Shown: positions 14,105 through 26,752 of the stretch, piece by piece
Layout of the letters: each line of letters starts with the position of its first letter
Position numbering within the stretch: the first letter of the stretch is position 1
DNA from: Amoebidium appalachense
Lineage: Eukaryota > Protista > Ichthyosporea
Assembly (NCBI GenBank): GCA_963693365.1
Contig: CAVNZM010000001.1
Coordinates: 9,812,907 to 9,876,906, forward strand
Reading direction: 5' to 3'
Length of the DNA stretch: 64,000 nt
Notes under the pieces: model-generated
What the model saw: the letters and a program-made list of their open reading frames with translations, nothing else
Told to the model about the DNA's origin: nothing
The model's database searches: none
Program-made: the position numbers and the translations under genes

Positions 14105-14300
14105 TATAAGCAGCACGAGAGAGAGCATCACAGTCAACCATTGTTTCACCCTTGGCATAAAACAATTTATAGGAGAACTCACCGAGAGCCGCGGCCCACT
14201 TCTGCATCCTCTCGTTGACCAGACGAGTGGTACCGGCCAATCACAGTCTTGCTACCACTAATACGAAGACCAGACTCACCCAAAGCTAAAAATACCTTTT
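14105..14300 (-). pseudogene. Degenerate Ty3/Gypsy RNase H fragment
   Basis: RMQKWAAALGEFSYKLFYAKGETMVDCDALSR aligns with RLARWALQLTEYDFDIVHRPGRLHVVPDALSR of the Gypsy pol in this window. It is isolated and flanked by homopolymers. Confidence 0.75.
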
Positions 14301-14521
14301 CACAATTATTGGTGGGGGGGGGGGGGGGGGGGGGGGGGGGAAGGGTTTCGCACGCAGCCAACGTAAATTCTGAATCGACAGACCAGCTGCCCAATTTTTC
14401 TTTCATATACTCTCTCCCATATAGAGCAACTTCCCATATCGGTACATATGATCCCCGCACGAACGTGTGCGTTTGCGTGGGTGCACGTGCGTGCGATTGT
14501 GTCATGTGCACATGCATATGA

Positions 14522-14599
<78 letters not shown>

Positions 14600-15252
14600 G
14601 CGTGTGTGAATCTGTGTGGCACGCATGTCACTGTAAGACACAAATTAAACAGGCAGGATCGGATGTTAGCTTCGAATAATGATTTCACAGACACTACATA
14701 CTCTTTTTCAGTAAAACCCTCCAAAGTGCAACGTTGTCGTCAACTAAAGTCAAAGGAGAGAGTGAAAAAAAAAGAAAAAAGGAAAAGAGAGAAAAAGAAA
14801 GAAAAAGAAAAAGAAAGTGTCAAGGAGAGGAGAGTTGAGGGAGGCGCTGGGGTAAAAAGAAGACAACAGACTGTACGAACAAAGGAAACCACAGGAAACC
14901 ACATGTATAAATGGAATGCCACCATCACCCTCCCCTCCGCGTTTTACCTCGTTTCGTCTTTTCCCTTCACGTGTAACAGCGAAAGAGAGAAATTTCAGGC
15001 ATACATATGCACTGGAATATCCCACATTTAGTATATATATCTCATACAGCATGCCTCAAACCCAGTAACAGAAGAGAGGGGAACATCACAGAAAATGTTG
15101 CATTTGCTTGGCTCGAAGTCGTGCAGCAAAAGGAGAAAAGAAAAAAAAAAAAAAAGAAAAGAAAAGGGGAAAAAAAAGGAAAAGACAAAGTAGAATTTTC
15201 TACGCAAGTGAACTGACACATAGTTTTGGAAGAACTGCAATGGGTAGAAGGC

Positions 15253-15325
15253 TCACATGGATGGGGGTTGGGTTCCAATCAAGTTGAGGTTTGTCATGTG
15301 CCCGTGCTCGGCAGCCTGTGTGTGT

Positions 15326-15391
<66 letters not shown>

Positions 15392-15568
15392 CAGGCGGAC
15401 ATGTGTGCCTGTACACCAATACAAGCATGCACGTGTGTGCGGTTCACGTGAATACACACCAAGAAAGAAAAATGCACCGGGGTTCGTCAACACATGGCCA
15501 AACTCCAACACCATTCCCCATTTCATACTCATGCCACCCCCCCCCCCCCCCCCCCTTCCTCCCTCTCT

Positions 15569-15605
<37 letters not shown>

Positions 15606-15982
15606 AACCATCCCCACCACTCCACAACACAAAAAAGAAAGAGGAAGAGAGAAGAGGAAGAAAGAAAAAAGACAGAATGAAAGGAAGGAAAAAGAAAAAG
15701 GCGAAAAAGAAACAAAGTGAAAAAACGCAATTTCTAGAAAAACCACAGAAACATGATGCGCGCACACACATCAAGCGAAATGAGTCTACCACATGCGCAC
15801 ACACACACACACACGTGGAGGTACACAAACCCACACACACTCTCACTCACAGCCCCACCCACTCCCGCCCACCCATCCACCCTCACCAACAGCCACACCC
15901 ACCCATCCCAATACCCCCCCCCCCCCCCCCCCCCCCACTCCCACCCACACAGCCTGCCCCCCTCCCCAACCCACAACACGCC

Positions 15983-16030
<48 letters not shown>

Positions 16031-16450
16031 ACACACACACCCACACCCACACCCACACCTTGACCTCCCCCCGCCCCCCCAACACACACACCCACCCACA
16101 CTCACAAAAAACCCACCCACCCACACTCACAAAAAACCCACTCCCGCATCCTCCCCCCGTCCCCCCCCCCCCCCCCCCCCAGCCACACCTATTCATTCCC
16201 CCCCCCCCCTCCCCCTCCCCCCCCCCCCCCCACACACACACCCAGCCCCTCCCCACACACACACACGTACACACACACATACACACCTCGTTCAAGTAGA
16301 GTTTACTGAGAAGCAACTCGTTCTTCTTCAGTCGCAGATCTCTCGTCTTGACGTTTGTCTTCATACACTGTGTCACCTTTGGTTTCTTGGCAAATTTGCT
16401 GTTTTTTTTTGTTTTTTTTTGTTTTTTTTTTGCGTGTGTGAACACGAATG

Positions 16451-16500
<50 letters not shown>

Positions 16501-16973
16501 CGAGTGAATGAGTGTGAGTGTATGCTCGTGTATGTGCTGGTTCTTTTTTTCTTTTATTTTCTTTTTTCCTGTATTCTTTCTTGCTTTTATTCTCTTTCGG
16601 GTAGTGTGTGCGTGGGGGGGGGGGGGGGGGGGGGAGGGGGGTAGGGGGTAGGGGGGAGGAGGGGGCGGACTTGAGGATGGAGGGAGGGAAGGAGGGAGGG
16701 AGGGGACGAAGAGGGAGGGAAGGGGAGAGGACGGGACGAGAGGGGTTGGGGGTTGGCGTTTGGGCGGGAGGATAGGTGGAGGCTTAGAATGTGGTAGAGT
16801 GTGAAGTAAACATTCATGACGGACAACACAAAGCTGGTGCAAAGCACACACAGAGTGATGGCGGAAGGGGGTGGAGGGAGAAGGGGGGGGGGGGGGAGCT
16901 AGAGAAGAGGCAGAGAGGGAGAGAGATTGGAGAGGGGGGAGGGGGAGAGAGAGAGAGAGAGAGGGAGAGGGGG

Positions 16974-17013
<40 letters not shown>

Positions 17014-17781
17014 GAGGGGGGAGGGGGTGGAGAGGGAGGCAGAGAGACTTTGCATGCAGGATGATTGGTGTTTTCAAGTATGAATACGGCTATTTTATAT
17101 ACAGGCGCATGACTGCTGTTTCCTATTTTGTGCTTGTTTGAGAACGGTGTGTGGCTTGCAAGCCCTGCTTTCATGTTTAGCGTGTCTGTGGAATCCAAAG
17201 TGCGTGGTGGTATTCATTATGACATTAGCATAAATCATGACCGTGTGTTGAAAACAATCTCTCTTCTTCAAAACCGCTAGATACCAAGCCTATGTGAGGG
17301 AGGAAACAGGCGTACAGAGCGGGAAAAGCAGAGCAGGAAGAAATAATGCTTTACTAAAAAGACGAATAAAACACTAGTAGGCAGGGGGGGAAGGTTTGCG
17401 TGTGTGTAAGTGCGTGCGTGTTTTGTGTCTGCTTTGGTCCGTGTTTGTGGGTGTGCGTGTCGTACGGATGTCCAAGCCTGTATATCTGTTGTGTCGCTGT
17501 TCCCATTCGTGGGTGTATTTGTGCTCAACCGTGTGTGAGTGTCTTCACAAAACCACGTTTGCCTCTGCGTGCATGCATGCTAAAGCTAGGCGATATTGAG
17601 GGGGAGCTAAGGGTTTCGTGGAGGAAACGACGGGCACCCAGTGGAAAGACCGACATTTCTAAGAGGGCAAAGATGCTTTGAATTGCACCGAAAGGGTGGG
17701 TGTATGCGTGAAAGAGGAAAAAGGTGAAGGCACATACCCGAACATCTTCAAACCGCCGAACAGTGGCCGTGTCGCAAACAT
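15253..17781 (-). CDS. MRPL57: Mitochondrial ribosomal protein mL63 (MRP63/MRPL57), 3 exons: 17781-17738, 16398-16287, 15315-15253
   Basis: Phase-consistent splice (44+112+63 nt) gives MFATRPLFGGLKMFGKFAKKPKVTQCMKTNVKTRDLRLKKNELLLSKLYLNEAAEHGHMTNLNLIGTQPPSM*. This is colinear with animal MRP63 as recalled (G.QWIGKHRRPRFVS..AKQNMIRRL.IE.EN.YWLS.PYMTREQERGH). Confidence 0.82.
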
Positions 17782-18442
17782 TTTCGTGCTTTCAAAAGTT
17801 GTAAGCCAAAGAGCTGGGTTGAAAACGAGCTGTGTGTATGTATGTACTCTTACCCTAAACATCAACACGGTCACTTGGGTGTGTGTAGCCTAAGAAATGC
17901 TCCACACATAAATTCATGTATATAGCCTATTTTCGTTTTAAGGCACTTGTAATGAAATTTACGCTTCTATTCAGATCAAATTTGTTACATTTGATTGGAT
18001 TATTGTTGTTGCTGTTGGCTAGGAAACACCTCCCGTTTGCGCCACGCGGTTCCGCTTCAGTCCGTTTGTCTGTCTGGCCTGCCTAAGCCACCACGAAACA
18101 TGGTGCAACATTTCTTTTGAAACCACGAATTATTATTAGGCAAAGTCAGTGTTAATCAACAAAGAAGAGGCGCGAAGATACTATAAGGGCATCTGACCTA
18201 GTCGTTGTGCTTCAATCGTAGTTACCGTTGGTTACCAGAAGACAACATCACAGTGTACGTGCTCTCCACACCCATCCTTCCCTCGAGTAAGGCTTCGTAT
18301 TCTTCGAGAGAAAAAGGGCACGTATTTTGTCCCTGTTGTACATCACACCACGATCGTTGAAGTTTGAATTGTTCATAGCTTATTACAACTCCGCCGAACA
18401 TTAGACCCATTCCATTATTTTCTTTTGATCTACTAGGCAAAT
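17782..18442. promoter_or_regulatory. Probable bidirectional promoter and 5' UTRs between mL63 and bL31m
   Basis: 661 bp of unique, microsatellite-poor sequence between two divergent ATGs. Acceptor-like AGs lie just upstream of both ATGs (possible 5' UTR introns). Confidence 0.55.
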
Positions 18443-19542
18443 ATGACTCTTCTTTCCAGCCAGCTCTTGAGGCCCGTTCGCCAGGCGTGCCTCGCACCAG
18501 TTTTCACACAGTAAGTTCCTGCGGTTTCCTTGTGTACTTTCCTGTACCACCTGCCTGTGACTATTTTTGATCTGGGGGGGAAGGAGAACGATGAAGCCGA
18601 GAGAAGGAGGGGTTGTCTGATTTGGGGTTGGGGGGGGGGGGGGGGGGGGGGTGGGGGGGGGGGTAAGCGGGTTGATCGTAGCCAAGACCGTTCGACAATC
18701 AAAAATGAGAGGAGGCTAGGTGTCAAAGGGGACTCCTTATTGTGTGTTTCGTTTTCCCTTTGCCTGTCCACACCGGCCGCCCATCCTACACACACACACG
18801 TGTACACGCGAAGGCACATTCATTCTTACCTTTTACCTGGCCTCTTGTATTACCCTTCTTGTGCCTTTATACACTGTTTCGTTCATGTTTCTTGGTATTT
18901 ACCCTGCCCGTGTTGCCTCACACATCCTCCCCCCTTCCGCCTTCTCTCTTCCGGTCGTCTCTCTCTCTCCTTTCTCTCTCTCCCTCTCTCTCTATCTCTT
19001 CCTCCCTCCCGCCCTCACTCCCTCTCTCCCCCCTCTCTGCCCACCCCCCCAGCTTTCTTCTTTCCCCTCCCCCCACCCTCCCTCTCCCCCCCCCCCCCCC
19101 CCCCTAACTTCTTCCTTCACTCTCTCCCTCCCTATCTTCCTCCCCCCCCCCCCCTTCCTCCCCACTCCCTTCCCCCCCGCCCCCGCCGGCCGCTTCCTCC
19201 CTCCCCCTTCTCGTATGTTGCATTTTCAGCCGCACACCCCCGGAGATTTTTCTCACTTCCTCACCATCCTCCTGCGCTCTCCCCACTTCCCTCCCCGTCC
19301 CCTTTCATCTCCCTTTTCTCGTCTCTCTCTCTCTCCCTCCCTCCCTCCCTCCCTCCCTCCCTCCCTCCCTCCCTCCCTCCCTCCCTCCCTCCCTCCCTCC
19401 CTCTCTCTCCTTCCCCGCCCCCCCTGCCCCCCCTCTCTCTCTCTTGTCCGTTTGCACTCTACACTGTTGTCCGTTATCAAAGTGTACTTAAAATTACTCT
19501 ATTAAGAAACATTTTATCCCCTCCCCTCCCTCCCCCCCCCCC

Positions 19543-19573
<31 letters not shown>

Positions 19574-20562
19574 ATCCCTTTCACGTATGACTCCCCTTTG
19601 CCTCTGGATTCTTTCTAGCTCACTCAGAACCTTATGTCCGTTAATCAAATACGTCTTTTACAGCCCCCACCTCTCTCAACCCCTCCCTTCCTCCCCCCCC
19701 CCCCCCCCCCCCCTTCGCCGTGCACTTTCAACCCCCCACCCCCCCCACCCCCATCCTTCATTTACCAAAAAATGGACCGTTCATTCCATTCCCAGTCCCG
19801 TACAAGTAGATCCCCCCCCCCCCCCCCCCCCCTCTTTCTCCACTTCATCCTCTCCCCATTCACCACCCAATGATGCAATGCATTTTCGATCTCTTGTTCA
19901 CCCACCCGCCTCTATGCTTCCCCTACGTCTGAGAGCGGTTATCTCTCCCTCGCTCCTTCCTGTCCCCGTATGCCTCCCTTCCTCCTTCCTGTCTCCGTAT
20001 GCCTCCCTCCCTCCTTCCTGTCTCCGTATCCCTCCCTCCCTCCTTCCTGTCTCCGTATCCCTCCCTCCCTCCTTCCTGTCTCCGTATCCCTCCCTCCCTC
20101 CTTCCTTCCTGTCTCCGTATCCCTCCCTGCCTCCTTCCTGTCTCCGCATCCCTCCCTCCCTCCCTCCGTGTCTCCGTATCCCTCCCTCCCTCCGTCCTGT
20201 CTCCGTATTCCTCCCTCCCTCCCTCCTGTCTCCGTATCCCTCCCTCCCTCCTTCCTGTCTCCGTATCCCTTCCTCCCTCCTTCCTGTCTCCGTATCCCTC
20301 CCTTTCTCCCTCCTGTCTCCGTATCCCTCGCTCCCTCCTTCCTGTTCCGTATCCCTCCCTCCGTCCGTCCTGTGTGTTTCGCACCGACCTCCTCCCTGTT
20401 TCTCCCTCCCTTCTTCCTGTCTCTTTTCTCAATGAAAGTTAGAGAGAGAAAGAAAAAAAGGTATATCCCCCCCCCCCTCCCCCCCCGGTGCGCATACACG
20501 CACACACCCCTCCTTTCCCCTTTTCCACCACGGCCATTTAGCATGGTACACACATGCGCGCG

Positions 20563-20639
<77 letters not shown>

Positions 20640-20875
20640 CATCAACCAACCACCACCATTACTCGCTTTTCTTATCACTCCTCCCCCCTCCCACCCCCTC
20701 CTCCCCTTCCCCTACCATTACCCGCTCCCCCCCCCCCCCCCCCCCCCCCGCTCGAGGATGGGCTCTGCTTATTATGCATACTCTTTATGTATGGCTCGCA
20801 TTCTGCATCGTGTTATCCGTTTGTTCTTGTGTACTTCGTACTTTTTGACGCATTCAAACCCCCCCCCCCCCCCTC

Positions 20876-20926
<51 letters not shown>

Positions 20927-21067
20927 CCACCACCGCCAGCACCACTCCACCCCCGAGGATAGGCTCTGCTTATCATACATACTCGTTGTGTGGTTTCCCT
21001 CTCACTCTGCATTATGTTGTCCTTTATGATTGTGTACTTCGTACTCTATAACACAATTTCTAACCCC

Positions 21068-21144
<77 letters not shown>

Positions 21145-21752
21145 ACCACCATCCCCTCCCCCTTTCCCCCTTCCCCCCATCCCTTTCCTCTCCTCCCTCC
21201 CCCCCCCCCCCCCCCCCACCTTCCATATATAGGTACCAGTCACGTGGTTACCAAAAAGGGATCCACCCGCGGCTGTACGATGTGAGGGTGGTGAACCAGG
21301 ATGGCTCGACGTATATGGTCAAGTCGACACTCAACCTCGGCATCTACTATCTTGCTGATGGTATATATATCGAGCTCCCCCCCCCCCCTCCCCCCCCCCT
21401 CCCCTCCCCTCCCCTCTCCCTCCCTCCCTCCCTCCCTCCGCTCCCCTTCCCACACACACACACACACACACACACACCACCCGGTGGGGCTTTCATTTTG
21501 CGTGTTCTTGGTAACCTTTCCCCCCCTCCCCCTCCCCTCCCCCATCCTCCCCCCCGCAAACACACGCACTCACATCCCCCCCCCCCCCCCCCCCCCCCCC
21601 GGAAAAAAAATCATAGTATACAAACTGGTGCACACACCCCATGTTATGCATTCCTGCGCCTTGCCTCCTCCCCGGATGCATATCTATTCTTTGTGTATGC
21701 TTGAAATATTTGTGTTGTCCGTTATGAATGTGTAACTTCATATTCAGGACAC

Positions 21753-21788
<36 letters not shown>

Positions 21789-22029
21789 CCACCACCACCA
21801 CCACCACCACCACCACCACCACCACCACCACCACTACCACCACCACCACCACCACTACCACCACCACCTTTCTACAGACACCCACACACCCACACATGCG
21901 TGCGCGCAAAAGGGATGAAAGTACCGCGCTTGAAAGACTAAGGAGCGTTGAAACCGATTTTTGTGCAGACTATGATGATGGGTTTCGGGGTCAAATATCC
22001 CTTGCCTGCTCATTGTTAGGTTTCTTTTT

Positions 22030-22060
<31 letters not shown>

Positions 22061-22669
22061 GGGGGGATGGTTTCTGTCGTCGTTTAGCCCTGGTGGGCGT
22101 GACAAGGGTAGGGGTAGGGGCAGGACGGGAGGGGGAACAGAGAAAAGCAGCCCCCCCCCCCCCCTCCCCACTCGGGGAATGGGCTCTGCTGATGTTGAAT
22201 ACTTGGATGTTCGCCTTTGCATGTGTCCTGTACTGTGTTTCACATCGTGTATATCGTGCCGTTTTCCGCATTCTACCCCCCCCCCCCCCCCCCCCCCCCC
22301 CCCACCCACCCACCTTGCCCGCCCCCTGCAGTCATGTTTACAAATACTACATATATCTGTTCATTTCAAACAAAGAAGAGAACCCAAACGAAGATTTATA
22401 TTCCTCCTTTAACCCTCCATATAACACTCTGCGCCCAATGCCTCCCACCAGAATCCAAGCACCTGCCCTCGTGGAAGAAACCAGAAGTCGACCCGAACAT
22501 GAGGGACAAGTCCGGATCGGTGGATCGATTCCTTTCCAAATATGGCGACCTCGGAGATCTCTTTGGCACGGGCGATGTTGACGTCACGGAAGCGGCGGCG
22601 GCGGCGGCGGCGGCGGCACCGACCCCTGCGGCTCCCACGGGGAAAAAGGCAGGAAAGGGAAAGAAATAA
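18443..22669 (+). CDS. Mitochondrial ribosomal protein bL31m (L31 family), 3 exons: 18443-18510, 21233-21360, 22452-22669
   Basis: Phase-consistent splice (68+128+218 nt, 137 aa). Presequence-like MTLLSSQLLRPVRQACLAPVFTQ is followed by YQKGIHPRLYDVRVVNQDGSTYMVKST...ESKHLPSW...DKSGSVDRFLSKYG, matching bL31 motifs K.IHP, DGST, (H)P.W and GRV.RF.KRYG. Confidence 0.85.
19950..20365. repeat. ~29-bp pyrimidine-rich minisatellite (CCCTCCCTCCCTCCTTCCTGTCTCCGTAT)n in bL31m intron 1
   Basis: Roughly 13-14 imperfect units with the core TCCTGTCTCCGTATCC. Confidence 0.9.
20754..22280 (+). repeat. Dispersed ~110-140-bp repeat family; copies at 20754-20860, 20955-21067 and 22171-22280, partial copies near 21680-21755 and 19450-19520 (+) and 16785-16850 (-), and one per 453-bp unit (-)
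   Basis: Shared GA(G)GATGGGCTCTGCT(T)A...GTACTTCGTAC...GCATTC(A/T)A(A)CCCC skeleton. The 22171 copy shares ATACTTG.ATGTT.GCCTTTGCATGTGTCCTG.AC with the array unit. Confidence 0.75.
21789..21868. repeat. (CCA)n trinucleotide microsatellite
   Basis: About 26 ACC/CCA units with two ACT interruptions. Confidence 0.95.
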
Positions 22670-22719
22670 TATGTGGATTTAAATCTTCGTACATTTATTT
22701 GGTTTTGTCCTCCCCGCCC

Positions 22720-22752
<33 letters not shown>

Positions 22753-22761
22753 TTCTTTCTT

Positions 22762-22797
<36 letters not shown>

Positions 22798-23634
22798 ACC
22801 CCAATTCATTTCCTGTAGTTTTTAGTTTCTCACGTGACACCTGTTCTTGTCGTTGATTGTGTCCACGGGTTTTCCTTTTCTCTTTCCTTCTGTTTTTGCT
22901 TGTAACTCCTCGCCCTAGTTCTTGCTGGGCTTGTTGTGGGAGGGAGTGGGGCATAGATATCGATAGACGAAGAGTTTGTGCCCGTTTTTCAACGGTGGAA
23001 GGACAAGAAAAAAGCTCACATGATTAACGCCTTTTGCGGAGTTGGAGTCCCGGATGTTACAGTCTTCTTGATGTGCGTGCCGTGTTAACGTTCTGCTGGT
23101 CGTTCCCATGAGTTGATGAGTGTCTGAGTGTATATGTATTTTATTTCACATCGAAGAAGCTTCTAGTCTTGTCCAGTAGCACAGTCTAAATACGGTAAGT
23201 TTGGTTCACGTTAAAACCAAACATGTGTTTTCTGGTACTATGATAATGTGTCACAATGTGTCGTTGCATTGGGTTGCTGTGTGCCCTGGTGGCAACTGTT
23301 ACAACAGCACCAAAATAGGCAATACTATGAATCAGAGAATCACAAGGCTTAGCGAAAATTTCAATTTGCAATGACAACAGTGACACCTTGCATGAGTCAC
23401 CGATGTGTACGCAAACGTACGTTCCTACCGTTAATTGGTAGTGCTTCAACACATGTGCTATCGGTGTAACAGTTGGTGTGTAAGCACTGTTCATAATTGT
23501 TGGTGGACACTTAGAATGGCAATCGTTCGATCAATACACATAACAAGCTTTTTTTTGAAGCACTTGTTGACATTAATATTGACAAAATCGCAGAGCTCGG
23601 TTGGTAGTTTTGTTTCCGTCCACCAAACAAGCCC

Positions 23635-23671
<37 letters not shown>

Positions 23672-24182
23672 TCCCCCCTCCCGAGACTCCCCCCGGCACA
23701 AGCACGTGCACACACACACATGTACACACCCACACACGCACACAACAGCTCATGTTACAACGTGTGACGTACACAGACATACGTCCATCCTTGTCGCCAT
23801 TTCCCTTTACATTTTGTGCGTGACTTTGAACCATCGAACGCACCTCGTTTGAGATAAACCGCGCTTTAGCTTTTTATCTGCGAACGGATCGGTCAGATTG
23901 GATCACATTTAAGCCAATCACTTGAAGCGACCAAAAACCTTTTACGCCGGGCGGGAGCCGTGCATGAGCCATGCGGGGCGCCGGCGGACTGGCGACTCGG
24001 CGGTTGTACGTGCAGGTGCGATCACGGCCAAGGTGCAAGGTTATCGACAATATATCGTAGGTAAAGGGGCTCGCTACACAACAACATAGAAGGTTCGTTT
24101 ACAAATTTTATAATGACTTTATTGATTTGCTCAGCAAAATAGAAGCCATCGATATATCACCGATATCAAAATACAAAAGCCC

Positions 24183-24982
24183 TCACTCTCGGATACGGAG
24201 GAGATAACGACTTAAATAATCATACACCCTAGAAAACTCGTTAAACTTACCGTGGTTCAACAGATAGTCAATAGACGTAATTGTATCAGGATTATCTAAA
24301 TAAGCCAGTCTTCTAATTTCTAACGGAATAATCTGAGATAAATAAATACATCTATAGATTTTATTTAAGTGTTTACGAAAAAAAGGTTCTGTACAAAAGT
24401 GGCACAAACATTTATGGAAACAAAGGTTACAGCGCCAAAATAAACATTTCCAAGCAATATCACAAAGAGGGGTTAGAATTGCAAAATTGGTAAGTGTGGT
24501 AGGTTTACGAGAGGAAGGATAAATATAAGTAGCTAATTTACACAACGATTGTAAAGAAAATAGACGAGTCTCTAATATAAAAAGAAGCACAGGCTCAAGA
24601 GCCCTACCATGATACTCTATATCACAACGATGAAGCAAAGGATATCGAGTATGAAACCAAGTAACATACTGCTGATAACTAGTAGAAGAAAAAAATAAAG
24701 TAAGTATTAAAAAGGATATCTCGGAATGGGAGAGAGATTGGGGATAGGACATTTCGCACGAACATCAGAAATGCCAGGAACAGGTGCTAAAGAAGGAAAG
24801 AGTTGCAACAAAGGATGATAAGAAGGAAGCCTAACCAAATGAAAACAAAAGCGAAGTCCTAATTCATTCATACGCTGGCGCGCCTGAGGGAGACCAAAAA
24901 CACTCAGCAAGGGAGCCGCCAAAGGATGCCTACGCGAGGTTCGAGAAATAAACTGGATGAATTCACGCTGAAAGGCTGGCAC
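24183..24982 (-). mobile_element. 5'-truncated non-LTR retrotransposon (ORF2 C-terminal region, frameshifted)
   Basis: RQRMNELGLRFCFHLVRLPSYHPLL and YIYPSSRK...WRCN...C..C...F.RKHL...SIDYLLNHGKFNEFSRVYDYL align with the C-terminus of the LINE at 34424-35354 (ARVSYLALKFNKH...LPSHPLF; YILPSCRT...WRSN...C...FNRSCI...ILDFILNTRNYDLFIRCIDWL). Confidence 0.8.
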
Positions 24983-25860
24983 GTACTGACGGTGCCTGGG
25001 CTGCTATGAACTTGCCGTTCTATTTTCCTTAGGGCCTGTTTGGTAGCGCGCTAAATACGGTTTTTTATCGTATTCGTATTTAGGGCCTAAATACGTATAC
25101 GATCGATCCCGTGGCATGCCAAACACGCCGCGGGCTTTTATTTTTTGTAAATACGATAGGAATCGCTTTTATATCGTATTTACGAATGATCACCTCCGGA
25201 GGTGATTTTCGTAAATACGATATAGGAAATTAGCCAATCAGAGCCTTTCGCATCATTTATTGGCTATCAGCTAGCCAATGGTACAGCGTATTACTAAGCC
25301 GCGGAGGGCACATTTTTACTACGTAGCTACATTACGCATGCCGGCGCATGCACGTGAACAATATCACTGTTAAAAAGAAGGTCGGTGTCATACACGTCAT
25401 TTTGTGTACATGCTCAGTTATAATTGGCACATGAATTTGGGCTGCACAGGTACTTAGTAAGACAGAGGACGAGGAACCCTACACGGTGCATGATCACAAG
25501 CTCTAGACTGTGTATATATATATGCCAAAATCATCATTGAAACAATACTGGACTCCAATATATGCATTAATAAAAACAATCAAACTTGAATGTACATGTA
25601 CAAACTCGGTGACATGCCAGGCACCACGAGTACTGCATAGACAAGGACAAGTTTTAACACTCACTTATGTACATGTATTCAGATATGTGGGGAATGCTGC
25701 AGGGACGCACGTTGGTGACGTAAAACGAGGTCTCTAGCAAGGCTAGCCACCGCAATAACTGGCAGTATTCCTTCAATAACAGACATTCTAACCTATTGTT
25801 AAACAGAGCAAGACCCACTGTCGGTGACTCGTTTTTGCCGTTCGCTGTAATACTGACTAC

Positions 25861-26105
25861 TGTATGAGCGTGCTACTAGACACGCATGTAAGTGGGCAAG
25901 ACAGGCAAAGGGGGACACGGACCTGTGCGTATGTGGCAGTCGCCTGTATTGCACACTTAGTAGCGCGAAGTAGACGTCAGACAAGACAGGGAGAGAAGGC
26001 CTAGGAATGAGGACGTGTGGCGGACTATATAGGCTAGATGGGGGGTCTATCAGGATGAGGGGGGCTCTAGTGTGCGGGGTATCTCCCGTATATCTCGCTC
26101 ATACA
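25861..26105 (-). repeat. Gypsy 3' LTR
   Basis: TGTATGAGCG...CGCTCATACA (10-bp inverted termini); identical to 49387-49631. Confidence 0.97.
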
Positions 26106-26752
26106 TCCCCCGGGCGTAGGTGAGCGCGTCCCGAGCTCATGCATTAATTAGAAAGGCAAAGCATGCATGTGGAAAGCAAGCAAGGGGAGTGTGCAGGGGG
26201 AGAGTGTGCAAGAGAGAGAAAAAAAAAAAGAAAAAAAAGAAATCCTGGCCAGCAGGAGGAGAGACACCGATGGGGGGTGTCGCGCATTGGTTGTGGCAAA
26301 GTCCCCAAATCCAACAACCTTTTTTCCGTCATGGGGCACTGCCACAGGCAGGGGACACCCCATGAGGCCCATCATATAACTTACATGATCTCTAAATACA
26401 GATTTAAATAATATAGGTATAAATATATATATATATATAAGGGCAACGGCTAGGATCACCATTGGCGGCGCGGTGCTCGATACTGCAAATCAATCCATTG
26501 ATTTTCTATTTGTGAATTTTTCGGCAAGTGGGGGAAAAAGACGAAACTGTAAGTGAATTATACAAGTCATATCTAGTATGTACATATGCGGCAAAAATGA
26601 CAATAAAAGTAGCGTGTGCGTACTAGTGATAGACCTACATGCGCCCATACACATGTAAGTCGTTTCACTAATAGGTAGTGAGTGGTAAAAGGGCGGTTGG
26701 GAAGAAGATATACATGTGCCCATACACATGTACGTCATCCCCCGGGCGTTGT

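Noticed and set aside
559-23850. Numerous Pro/Gly/His-Thr/Cys-Val-rich ORFs
   Set aside because: These are translations of poly-C/G, (CA)n and (CT)n microsatellites, mostly intronic.
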